Assembly (NCBI GenBank): GCA_965209155.1
Contig: OZ242383.1
Span: 1,696,001-1,760,000, forward strand
DNA length: 64,000 nucleotides
From: a bacterium
Lineage (GTDB): Bacteria > SAR324 > NAC60-12
Direction of reading: 5' to 3'
Made by a program: the position numbers and the translations under genes. Within the stretch, counting starts at the first letter, position 1. Each line of letters starts with the position of its first letter. This document shows positions 40,066-49,602 of the stretch, piece after piece. Under the pieces are notes generated by a model. That model had not been told where the DNA came from, did not search any database, and saw only the letters and a list, made by a program, of their open reading frames with translations.

Positions 40066-40926
40066 TTGTGGCTGCCATCAATGAGTTCCTGGTATTTTCA
40101 CGCCTTGCTGATTTTCTTGTTCATATTCCACCTGAACCTGACAGGTAACGCTCAAACTCAAAGCGTGAATTCAGGGAAAGTCATCTCCGCCCTGTTCGAC
40201 ACGGAAGCCGTTTCGGTTTCAAATTCGGGTGAACGGACGGAGACGTCAGAAGTAAGTTCCATTCATGCAGCAGCCACTCCAAGCATGGAAAAACGAAGTC
40301 TGGAATCTCACGGTGTGTTGAAAATTCCAGACCCCAAATTCATTGCGGAACGTGCTTCCATCCGTTCGCAAGGCGCATATTTTGGGGTGGGTTTTCAACA
40401 AGTACGATTAGATTTTAGAGAGGGGGGCTCTATTTTCAGCAATGATAGCGCTCTCAATGGAATTGCAGTCAACCTGGGATATTTTACGGAAATGTTCAAA
40501 TTGGAATATACCCGTCATGCGATCATCCTGGATCTTGAAGAATCTTTGCAGAAGCAAGATCTCTTTTTCAATAATGTGGAGGCGATCCAAAACAACTTCT
40601 GGTATTTTCGGGTATTACAGCTGATCCCGGATCTCTATTTTAATTTTGGAATAGGAGTTCAGACTTCGGAAGTGCGTTTGACCCTCAAAGCATCATCAGA
40701 CCTGATTGATACGGATTCGAGCCTGTCTGAGTCTTCTGCGCTATACCAGGAAGGTTCACTGCTATTCGGTGGCGGTTTTTCCTATTTTCTGACTTCCAAT
40801 TTCTTCATGCAATATCGTTTTACATATGGTGGCTTTTCACCCTGGATCACAGGCTCCACAGTTAAAAACGCTTTGCAATCCAATCAGAATCACACCTTTT
40901 TTTTGCAGTATTATTTTTCCCTTTAA
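40066..40926 (+). CDS. Hypothetical exported protein, probable outer-membrane beta-barrel
   Basis: Signal peptide, alternating beta-strand pattern, aromatic C-terminus FLQYYFSL. Confidence 0.55.
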   Translation: MWLPSMSSWYFHALLIFLFIFHLNLTGNAQTQSVNSGKVISALFDTEAVSVSNSGERTETSEVSSIHAAATPSMEKRSLESHGVLKIPDPKFIAERASIRSQGAYFGVGFQQVRLDFREGGSIFSNDSALNGIAVNLGYFTEMFKLEYTRHAIILDLEESLQKQDLFFNNVEAIQNNFWYFRVLQLIPDLYFNFGIGVQTSEVRLTLKASSDLIDTDSSLSESSALYQEGSLLFGGGFSYFLTSNFFMQYRFTYGGFSPWITGSTVKNALQSNQNHTFFLQYYFSL

Positions 40927-41016
40927 GGTTCTGATTCAAATCTTTGGAGTTTGAAATGCGCACTTTCCCATTGAGATGAGATTCAGAATATTTTATGGAT
41001 TGACGTTTATAAAACC

Positions 41017-42366
41017 CTAAACCAGATATTCCAACATACTGAGGGTGATACCCAGGTAAATCAGAATGCCGAGCACGTCATTGGCAGTCGTAATGAAGGG
41101 ACCTGTGGCAATGGCGGGATCAATGTCGATTCGTTTGAGCAGAATAGGGATCACCGAACCCACTGTAGCAGCCATACTCACCACTGCCAGCAAGGCTAAT
41201 CCCGCAATGATTCCCATTTTGACGTTGGTCGTGATGAAGTAAACCATTGCAAAAAAGATCAATGCGCAAACAGGACCGTTCAACAGACTCACGCGAATCT
41301 CTTTCCAAAGCCGTCGCAGTAAATCGGAGGGGTGAATCTCTCCGGTTCCCAACCCTCGAACGACGATGGATGAAGATTGAATGGCGATATTTCCTCCAAG
41401 TGCTGCCACCAGGGGGATGAAAAACATCACTTGAGGCAACCGGGTCAAGACCCCTTCATAGTGGCTCATGGCAAATGCGGCAATAAAACCACCAAACAAT
41501 CCTAAAATCAGCCATGGAAGGCGGTCCTTGGAGGAACGAACTATTGAAGTGTCCAATACCTCTTCGCTGCCGGTTCCGGCAATATGAGCCAGGTCTTCCT
41601 GATATTCTTCTTGAAGTACATCCATCAAATCATCCACCGTGATTCGTCCGATGAGTTTCAGGTATTTATCAATCACCGGAATGACTACAAGATCGTATTC
41701 CTGGGCAATTCGCGCAACTGCCTCTTGGTCCATATCCACGTCAACCGCCACGACATTGGGACTCATCAATTGAGAAATACGCAGGTGAGGTTCTGCCAGT
41801 AAAAGTTGATTCGGAGAAACAATGCCAATTAAATGGCGAAATTCGTCAACCACGTATACTGCGTAGAACGTTTCTATTTCTTCCTGTACAATGTATTCAC
41901 GAATTCTCTGAATGGCACCAAAAACAGTTTGATCTTTTTCCACCGAAACCACATTGGGATCCATAATCCCACCCGCGCTCTCTTCATCGTATTTCATCAA
42001 AGTCGTGATTTCTTCACGATCTTTACTGGGCAGCGTTTCTAAAACCTCCTCGGCCTTGGTGTCATCTAATATCGCCACCATGTCAACGGCATCATCACCA
42101 TCCATTTCTTCAATGATTTCACCTAATTGCTCCGTATTCATCTCACTCACAATGTCGGAAAGCACCGGAGAATGTTGCCGGAGATGATTCAGTACGTCGG
42201 AAGCGATTTCTTTATTTATGGTATTCAACACCACTAGCTGGTGTTTGAGCTTCAGTTGCATAAGACTGTTTGCGATCTCCACACTGTCGAGTTCTTTGAG
42301 CAGACCACGCAATCCCTCCAACTTTTCGGCATTGATCAGTTTTTTGATTAGCTTATATGCAGCCAT
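41017..42366 (-). CDS. mgtE: Magnesium transporter MgtE
   Basis: Y.EESAGGIM, CBS pair, G.ITVDD, RLPWL, GGN...Q, DPA+A+GPFITT.ND. Confidence 0.96.
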   Translation of the reverse strand: MAAYKLIKKLINAEKLEGLRGLLKELDSVEIANSLMQLKLKHQLVVLNTINKEIASDVLNHLRQHSPVLSDIVSEMNTEQLGEIIEEMDGDDAVDMVAILDDTKAEEVLETLPSKDREEITTLMKYDEESAGGIMDPNVVSVEKDQTVFGAIQRIREYIVQEEIETFYAVYVVDEFRHLIGIVSPNQLLLAEPHLRISQLMSPNVVAVDVDMDQEAVARIAQEYDLVVIPVIDKYLKLIGRITVDDLMDVLQEEYQEDLAHIAGTGSEEVLDTSIVRSSKDRLPWLILGLFGGFIAAFAMSHYEGVLTRLPQVMFFIPLVAALGGNIAIQSSSIVVRGLGTGEIHPSDLLRRLWKEIRVSLLNGPVCALIFFAMVYFITTNVKMGIIAGLALLAVVSMAATVGSVIPILLKRIDIDPAIATGPFITTANDVLGILIYLGITLSMLEYLV

Positions 42367-42508
42367 GAAAATCTATCGACTGAAGTTTTCCCCTCGAACT
42401 TTATTTCCGGCGATATCGCCTCAATTCGATGGCAATGATGAAACTGGACAAGATTAAAGACACCACGCAGAACAAAAATGAGGATAGTCTCCATTGAATA
42501 CTCCGTAG

Positions 42509-43006
42509 TTACGATTCTCCTCCCCATCTCCGAGTGGAATAAAATATTTTATTGAGTGGGATAAATTCTTTCAATAAGGCAATATTACCGAATTGTTTCG
42601 CTTTGTTGAAGTGCGGTTTGTCATTAGTCACGAATGTGGCATTCATTTGCATAGCAAGTGCATGGCAGATTGCATCGGAATAGCTTGGGTAGCCGCTTTT
42701 TGGGTGTCCGGTCTTAAAAATTTCAACGGCTTTCATGCGCACAGCAACACTTGGTAGTACCACGTTGACAATAGCTTTTTGGATCAATCCGTCAATTCGA
42801 TCAAGGTCTCGCTCGATTTTCTCAGTTTCATCGGAGTTAACTGCTACAATTTCTGTGATTTCATCTAACACAAGTGGCGGCTCAAGAATCACTGCCTTCT
42901 CCTCTGTTGCTTGTTCAATCAGTGACAATGCTTGTTGTTTTAATTCTCGTTCAAACAGGACTTCAAGAAATACGTTGGTATCGAGGACGAGTTTAACGGG
43001 TGCCAT
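42509..43006 (-). CDS. vapC: PIN-domain (VapC-like) toxin
   Basis: VLDTNV, SDAICHALA, FVTND. Confidence 0.85.
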   Translation of the reverse strand: MAPVKLVLDTNVFLEVLFERELKQQALSLIEQATEEKAVILEPPLVLDEITEIVAVNSDETEKIERDLDRIDGLIQKAIVNVVLPSVAVRMKAVEIFKTGHPKSGYPSYSDAICHALAMQMNATFVTNDKPHFNKAKQFGNIALLKEFIPLNKIFYSTRRWGGES

Positions 43007-43241
43007 ATTTTTCCCAAATTTCCTTGGTTTTGTCTTCACGCATGGCACGTAACACCTGTGTTGGATTCCCATTCATTGTGAGAGGTTCCATGGCAGCAAA
43101 TTCCTCAAAGGCTTTTTGTTTCTCCCCCCGTTTAATGTCTTCAAGAATTAGACGGGTTACATACTGAATCCGTTGTCCGCGCTTCATGGCTTTTACATAT
43201 TTACCTGCTTCATCAGGTAAGGTAATCGTGAACCGATACAT
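42993..43241 (-). CDS. Putative antitoxin (RHH-like) of the PIN toxin
   Basis: Short ORF with N-terminal RFTITLPD beta-strand, overlapping the toxin start. Confidence 0.65.
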   Translation of the reverse strand: MYRFTITLPDEAGKYVKAMKRGQRIQYVTRLILEDIKRGEKQKAFEEFAAMEPLTMNGNPTQVLRAMREDKTKEIWEKYGTR

Positions 43242-43256
43242 TTTCTCTCCTTTTTT

Positions 43257-43288
43257 ATGTGACGTAGTTAGTGACTAATTAATCACAT
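43257..43288. promoter_or_regulatory. Palindromic operator upstream of the vapBC-like pair
   Basis: ATGTGACGTAGTTAGTGACTAATTAATCACAT imperfect palindrome. Confidence 0.55.
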
Positions 43289-43497
43289 TATAAGATGGAT
43301 TCCTTGTTGTCAATATGAAATGTCTCCTTCTTTCCTAATGGGTTCGCTTGAAAAAGAGGCCAAGCATTTTTGCAGATTCGTGCATATTATCGCAAGGAAC
43401 TCTTTTGAGAACTTCCAAAACTCGGCTCAAAAAATAATGCGTCATTTCATCAGTTAAAAAAAATTAACCAAATGAAAGATAGTGCTGATGCTAGTTA

Positions 43498-43778
43498 ACC
43501 CGAATTCGAGATAAGAATTCAATAAATTCAATATGTTATGGAATCTTCATATCTTAGCAAAACCTTGTCATTCCTGCGAAGATTGTCCCTGCGAAACTTG
43601 TCCTCGCGAAAGCGGGGAGGGGGGAGCAAGAATCCAGAGGAATGCGGAATCAGAAATCCAGTACGAACCCTGGATAACGGATCATCCTGGTCCCGGATCC
43701 AGTCCGGGATGATCCCGGACCAGGATGACAAATACACCAGAATACTCCTATTATTGAAGATTTATGTCGAACTCAGGT
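43498..43778. mobile_element. MITE-like element family B (complete)
   Basis: TIRs ACCCGAATTCGAGATAA / TTATGTCGAACTCAGGT with TA on both flanks; internal REP-like hairpins shared with family A. Confidence 0.75.
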
Positions 43779-44044
43779 TAAATAAATTGCCAATCTTGGG
43801 AATGGAAAAAATTTTGCTTAAAGTCCCGCAAGGTCCATATTTTAGCACCCATGTAGACTGAATGATAAGACTTTTAACGAATGTTGGGCCATTCTGGCCC
43901 AAGAATTGCTGTCATCAAAACAACTGCGGTTTTCTATGGAAGGATCGTATCCGGTCCATGTTATGAAAGATTTTGAGTTAATCTAAAATGAATCTGAAAA
44001 AGATTTCCGGATGAAATCTTTGCAGTTCACCATGGAGGGTGAAA

Positions 44045-44278
44045 ATGCTGATTTTGACAAGGAAACCTGGTGAAAGTATCACCATTGGAGATGATATCAA
44101 GATCCAGGTTATTGAAATCAAAGGAAAACAAGCTCGCTTAGGGATTGATGCTCCTAAGAATTATGTGATTCATCGTGAGGAAATCTACGTCCGGATTCAG
44201 GAAGAAAACAAACATTGTCTTGATAATCCTCAAGTTTCGTTGAATGACATTACTGATTATTTTAAGCAGAAAAGGTAG
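44045..44278 (+). CDS. csrA: Carbon storage regulator
   Basis: [17 protein letters not shown]...LGIDAPK...IHREEIY.RIQEEN. Confidence 0.97.
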   Translation: MLILTRKPGESITIGDDIKIQVIEIKGKQARLGIDAPKNYVIHREEIYVRIQEENKHCLDNPQVSLNDITDYFKQKR

Positions 44279-44473
44279 TAGATTTTCGACTTCAGAACCT
44301 GTAAAAAATACGATTCCTTCCCTGGTTAAAGGGAGATCAGGTGGAATGATTAACCAGGGTTCATTGAAGATGGATGTCGAACTCGGGTTATTAACAATTC
44401 AGACCCCCGTATTCCCTCCTTTGCCTGGGGAAAGAGACGGTACCTGATTCGCATTAAAAGTTAAAACGGGTTC

Positions 44474-45166
44474 TTATTTTGTATTCATTTTCTGCAGCAT
44501 ATTTTGGGCTAACTCACTCAGGTGGTCCAGTGTATGTTGTACTCGTGAACAAGCCAGTTCGTCAGGGATGACATCCATATGAATAGGATTGCCCATCAAC
44601 ACGACGACCTTACTGAAAGGGTAAGGAAAACGCACACCAGAGGAGGAATAGATAAAACTGGAGGGCATTTTACAACTGACAGGAAGGATTTTTTTTTGCT
44701 GATTTTTTGCCAGCTTCACGATTTGCAGGATTGAGAATCCCTGCAAGCAGGAATCCTGCACGGGCACCCAAAGTTGAGGCGCTTGGATTTGTTGGCTGAA
44801 ATTGGATTCCCACTCATCCAATGTTGAATTCAGAGGAGTCTGCCAGAGTCGATATCCCAAATTCTCAATTATACCCACATGCTTGTCCCTGTCAAATTTT
44901 CCAACCACAGGAACCTTGTGTTTTTCTAAGGCGAATAAACAATACAAGAGTTCAGTCGACCGGCAAGTGATAATAAAAGATGCCTGTTGCCGTCGCATTT
45001 CTTCAAGAATTCCCCAATTGATTCCTAAAGTGCGCACGCTGAAGTGGATAACATAAAATCCAAAAAAAATGGCCAATTCGCGAATTGTGGAATTCCAGGA
45101 ACTTCTGCGGGAAATTTGTACCATAGCATAATGAGGAAGAAGTGGACCTGAACGAGAAGATGTCAC
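44474..45166 (-). CDS. Hypothetical protein, DUF374/acyltransferase-like (divergent)
   Basis: I+KLA...I+PV, PYPFSKV....G.PI motif pattern; start uncertain. Confidence 0.45.
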   Translation of the reverse strand: MTSSRSGPLLPHYAMVQISRRSSWNSTIRELAIFFGFYVIHFSVRTLGINWGILEEMRRQQASFIITCRSTELLYCLFALEKHKVPVVGKFDRDKHVGIIENLGYRLWQTPLNSTLDEWESNFSQQIQAPQLWVPVQDSCLQGFSILQIVKLAKNQQKKILPVSCKMPSSFIYSSSGVRFPYPFSKVVVLMGNPIHMDVIPDELACSRVQHTLDHLSELAQNMLQKMNTK

Positions 45167-45425
45167 ATATTGCCAGAAATTTTGTCAGAAATCAAAATTC
45201 TCTTGCCTCTTGTCAAACTCAAAGGTAATTTGTAGGGTTCAAACAGGGACTTTGGTAGAGATTTTTTAGTAGCTTGGAGTATGAAAACAATGGAAATCGT
45301 TTTTCAATTTTTGAAACAGTTTGACCTCGCGTTGAATTGGTATATTGTTTTTGGCGTGGTTTTTTTCAGTTTCGTCTTGTGTCCCGCAGCAGTCTTCCTT
45401 TATCATTGGGGACGTATTAAAAAAA

Positions 45426-45665
45426 TGCGAATCAGGAGTTAAAAAACGTGTCATACCTGGCTTGACCAGGAATCGTCCTGAAGAGGCGATATTCGTCGGC
45501 ATCGCAAGTGTTAAAAACGTGTCATACCTGGCTTGACCAGGAATCCAGGTGGATACGGGCGACATTATGGATGCCGGATCACCCTGGACTCGATCCGGGA
45601 CCAGTATGACACATCAAAATTTTGAATTTTTGATTTTATAAATAAAATTTAACTCCTGATTCGCA
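45426..45665 (+). mobile_element. MITE-like element family A with duplicated left module
   Basis: TIRs TGCGAATCAGGAGTTAAA / TTTAACTCCTGATTCGCA; AAAAACGTGTCATACCTGGCTTGACCAGGAATC present twice. Confidence 0.8.
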
Positions 45666-45753
45666 TTAAAAAGCAAATAGATATCGGAAAATTTTAATTC
45701 CCAGGTAGAGCGCAATTTTCTACAGGGGAATCATATTCATAAGGAGATGAATT

Positions 45754-47268
45754 ATGTTGTATCGATTTAAAAAACAGGGATTCGTATTACTGACCATTTT
45801 TCTTTTCTGCATTTCCTTCAAACAGGTAGAAGCGCGAGAGCAGTTGGTGGTCGCCTTGACTGCCATGCCGAAAACCCTGGATCCACGTTTTGCAGTGGAT
45901 TCCAACGGCTGGGGCATGAACCTGCAATTGGTTTATGGCGCGCTGGTCCAGTTGGACTATAACCTGAAGGTCGTTCCGGACCTGGCAGAACGTTGGGAAC
46001 GACCGGATGCCACCAGTTATGTCTTTCACCTGAGAAAAGATGCTCGCTTTTCCAATGGTGATCCCCTTACGGCATCTGACGTGAAATATACTTTCGACTC
46101 GGTAATGGACGAACAAACCAAATCCCCCTTCATCGGGATCAAGTCTTCCATCAACGGCGTAGAGGTTATCGATTCTCACACGATCCGATTTGAAGCGCCG
46201 GAAAATATGCCGGAAGTCACTTACTTGCTCAACCTGTTCATTCCCGTGTTTCAAAAGCCTGCGGATAATGAGGAATTGGTATTAGTGGGTGCAGGCCCCT
46301 TTCAATTGAAAGAGCAGAATGTTTCGGACATCGTACTCACGCCCAATCCGCATTTTTCTGGTAAAAAACCGGCATTGCAGCAAATCGTATTCAAAGTGAT
46401 CAAAGACGACAATACCCGTTTCTTGAAATTCAGGAAAGGAGATGTGGATTTTGCCCTCAATGCCTTACCGGCAGATAAAATCAAGCAGTTTGAAGAAGGG
46501 GATTTGGCAGAGATGTTTCAAGTACTGGAAGGTCCGTCGTTGCGTTATCAATACCTGGGATTCAATACCGAACATCCGATATTGAAACACAGGGCCGTCC
46601 GGCAAGCTTTCGCCCACGCCATCAACCGGGATGAGTTGGTTGAATTCCTGATGCACAATCACGCGGCCAAAGCAGATAGCCTGCTTACCCCCCAAAATGA
46701 ATTTCACACGACAAATCTTTCCCGCTATGAGTATGATCCCGAAAAAGCGGCCGCCCTGTTGGATGAGGCGGGATTTCTCCTCAAAGATGGGAAAAGGTTT
46801 ACCATTGAATACAAAACTTCCACTAATAAAATGCGCCAGCGTTTGGGTCGCATCATCAAAGATCAGTTGAAACAGGTCGGTATTGAAATCGAAGTACGCT
46901 CATTTGAATGGGGGACTTTTTTTGGGGACGTCAAAGCGGGGAATTTTGAGGTGTATTCCCTTGCATGGAGCGGTGTTTCGGATCCTGATTTCTTTTACAG
47001 CGCCTTCCATTCCACGCAATTCCCACCCGGACGAAACCGCGTGAGATACGTCAATGCGGAGTTGGATCGATTGGTGGAAGCAGGCAGGGTGGAAAATGAC
47101 TTTGAAAAGCGTAAAGCCATCTATGTTGAGGTTCAACAACTACTGAGCCAGGAACTTCCCTATTTGGGACTTTGGTATGCCAACAACCTGGCGATTCTGA
47201 AAAAAGACGTCCAAGGCTATCGTCTTCATCCCACCGGCGGTTTCCATTCGTTCCTCGAGATTCATTGA
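45754..47268 (+). CDS. Peptide/nickel ABC substrate-binding protein (family 5)
   Basis: TLDPR, PDLAERW, F.LR.DA.FSNG.PLTA.DV.YTF, GAGPF, VRQA.AHAINR. Confidence 0.9.
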   Translation: MLYRFKKQGFVLLTIFLFCISFKQVEAREQLVVALTAMPKTLDPRFAVDSNGWGMNLQLVYGALVQLDYNLKVVPDLAERWERPDATSYVFHLRKDARFSNGDPLTASDVKYTFDSVMDEQTKSPFIGIKSSINGVEVIDSHTIRFEAPENMPEVTYLLNLFIPVFQKPADNEELVLVGAGPFQLKEQNVSDIVLTPNPHFSGKKPALQQIVFKVIKDDNTRFLKFRKGDVDFALNALPADKIKQFEEGDLAEMFQVLEGPSLRYQYLGFNTEHPILKHRAVRQAFAHAINRDELVEFLMHNHAAKADSLLTPQNEFHTTNLSRYEYDPEKAAALLDEAGFLLKDGKRFTIEYKTSTNKMRQRLGRIIKDQLKQVGIEIEVRSFEWGTFFGDVKAGNFEVYSLAWSGVSDPDFFYSAFHSTQFPPGRNRVRYVNAELDRLVEAGRVENDFEKRKAIYVEVQQLLSQELPYLGLWYANNLAILKKDVQGYRLHPTGGFHSFLEIH

Positions 47269-47404
47269 TTTTTCTGATGCCGTGCCCCGAACCTGTTCAA
47301 ACTCCGGGCACGGTGATTCCGCGTTGCGTGCTTCCTTAAGAAAAGGTACATTGAATCGATACGGATCATCTGAATCTCATCTAACAAATGATCAACATGC
47401 AGAC

Positions 47405-47635
47405 ATGCAAACTTTAACCGTTATTAGTCCTCAAACAGTTATTCATAGCGACCCGGAAATCATGGGAGGGACTCCCTGTTTTAAAGGAACCCGTGTCCCT
47501 GTCAAAAATCTGTTTGATTATTTGGAGGAGGGGGAATCTTTGAAATTTTTTTTTGAAGACTTTCCAAGAGTGACAAAAAAACAAGTAGAAGCCGTTCTTG
47601 AATTATCCAAGCAATCCTTACTTGATAATTTATGA
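47405..47635 (+). CDS. DUF433 antitoxin-like protein
   Basis: DPEIMGGTPCFKGTRVPV..LFDYLE.GESL..F..DFP. Confidence 0.88.
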   Translation: MQTLTVISPQTVIHSDPEIMGGTPCFKGTRVPVKNLFDYLEEGESLKFFFEDFPRVTKKQVEAVLELSKQSLLDNL

Positions 47636-47690
47636 ATATTCTACTTGATGAGTGTGTTCCTAAAAGGCTAAAGCAACACTTATTATTCCT
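47632..47690 (+). pseudogene. DUF5615 PIN-like toxin, N-terminal fragment only
   Basis: MNILLDECVPKRLKQHL directly after DUF433, then unrelated sequence. Confidence 0.7.
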
Positions 47691-48045
47691 TTCCTACCAC
47701 GGATTGAAGAAGCGATTAAAACCATCGATTCCATCTTGGCTGATCGATATGCGCTCGCTCGTTGTCGATGCAGGCCTCTTGGCAAAGTGGCAGCAAGTTG
47801 TCGATGCTCTGGTCGTCGAGGGCGTCACGCAACTCGCACCCTACTCGGAGTAATCGCGTTCATCACGCCAGACGCGAAAGATTTAGATGAAATTACCTGC
47901 GGGTGAAAAACTCTTGAGCTCAAGACAATTTCTCGATACCAATACGCAATTCTGATAAATTTCTAGCAGGATGTGAGACATCCTCTCAGATGATGGTAAT
48001 TTTTTTTTCAGATACGAAATAAAAATCAGGGATTGCTCCTGGTCT

Positions 48046-48490
48046 TCATCTGCCGTTTTTTTCCTGGCTTTTTGCCTTTAAACAGCTTTCCAACCTTTCG
48101 TAATCACCCAGGTGAACCTTCATCAGACTTTTCCAGAGTTTGCCATGATTCGGAACGAAAAAATGAAGCAGTTCGTGCGCAATCACGTAATCCCAAAGTT
48201 CATCGTCAAGACCTAGCAACTCGTTGTTGAAGTTCAGGTGGCCGTTGGTTGAACAGGAGGCCCACTTGTTGCGCATCGGCTTATCGAGATACATGGCGTA
48301 GAGCAGCGGCGCGTCAAAGCCGGTCAATAGTTTCTCGGTGACAATGAGGATCTTCGGTTGCTGGTCGAACTTGCGGAAACGCTTGCGAACCTGTCGTTCC
48401 GCCGCCTTGATCATGGTGAAGGTTTTGCCGCTTCCCTGCGTATGCCAGACGAGGCCGCGGGTGCGCTCGGGGGCCAGCGCGCGCTCGACT
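48046..48490 (-). pseudogene. Collapsed type I R-M hsdR fragments fused in frame to a YgjP/M48-like metallopeptidase C-terminus
   Basis: [40 protein letters not shown] (HsdR), then NKWASCS...[14 protein letters not shown] (YgjP). Confidence 0.85.
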
Positions 48491-49395
48491 GGTGACTTTC
48501 TGGAGGCGCTTGAAGTGATATTAGGTAAAGGAACGGCGGGTTTGTCTGCTAAAACAGTCAGTCTCCTTAAATCAAGCTGGTATGAGGATTGGAAAGCCTG
48601 GAAACAACGTGATCTCTCCAGGAGCCATTATGTTTATCTTTGGGTCGATGGCGTGTACTGCAATGTGAGGATGGATAAAGATAAACAATGCCTCTTGGTG
48701 ATTGTGGGGGCGACAGAAAATGGAGATAAAGAGCTCGTTGCCTTGGAAGATGGATACCGGGAAAGCGAGCAATCCTGGTCGGAGTTGCTGATGGATCTGA
48801 AGCATCGAGGATTGACCGAAGCACCTGAAATCGCTGTGGGAGACGGAGCAATGGGATTTTGGAAAGCTTTGAAAAAAGTCTATCCTCAGAGCAAAGAGCA
48901 GCGCTGTTGGAGGCACAAAACGGGGAACATTCTCAACTATTTGCCAAAAAGGGAGCAAGCTAAAGCCAAAGACCGTCTCCATCAAATTTGGATGGCCAGC
49001 AGCAAAGAGGAAGCTATTTAAGCCTAGAAGCATTTTGTTGACATGTATGAGGCTAAATATCCTAAGCCACTCACTGCTTAATTAAAGATAAGGAGACCTT
49101 GATGGCCTTCTATGATTTCCCGGCAGAGCATTGGAGGCACCTGAGAACGAGTAATCCCATTGAATCCACCTTCGCGACTGTCAAACTGAGAACTGCAAAA
49201 GTAAGAGGTTGTTTCTCAAGAAATACCGTCTTGACGATGGCATTCAAATTGATGGAATCTGCTCAGAAAAATTGGATCCGACTACACGGTTTTAAACGAT
49301 TAGCCGAAGTGATAGAGGGAGTGCAATTTGTCGATGGAATTCCTCAATACAGGATCGCCGCCTATATAGCCATCCCCAGAATTTGACTATAACTC
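48488..49395 (+). mobile_element. IS256-family element remnant (5'-truncated, disrupted transposase)
   Basis: YVYLWVDG, GYRESEQSW, VGDGAMGFWKA, QRCW.HK, FYDFPAEHW.HLRT.NPIES.F; stops and frameshift at ~49020-49080; end TTTGACTATAACTC. Confidence 0.88.
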
Positions 49396-49602
49396 TTTAC
49401 ATGCCTATTGCTAGCTGCTATGATCTCATGTATTTTTTGATTTTCCTACTATGTGGAAAAAAGTTGTATTTTTTTTGGATATAAGATATTTTCCTGAAAT
49501 TCTCATATTTTTATGGGGTTCCGGAGAGGAATCCAGGTGGTCTGGTTTCCACATGCGCTGGTTGGCGCAATTATCATTAACATAATCCAATTGGAGGATA
49601 AA

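Noticed and set aside
49019..49027. In-frame stops in IS256 as programmed readthrough
   Set aside because: Two stops plus a frameshift and 5' truncation indicate ordinary decay
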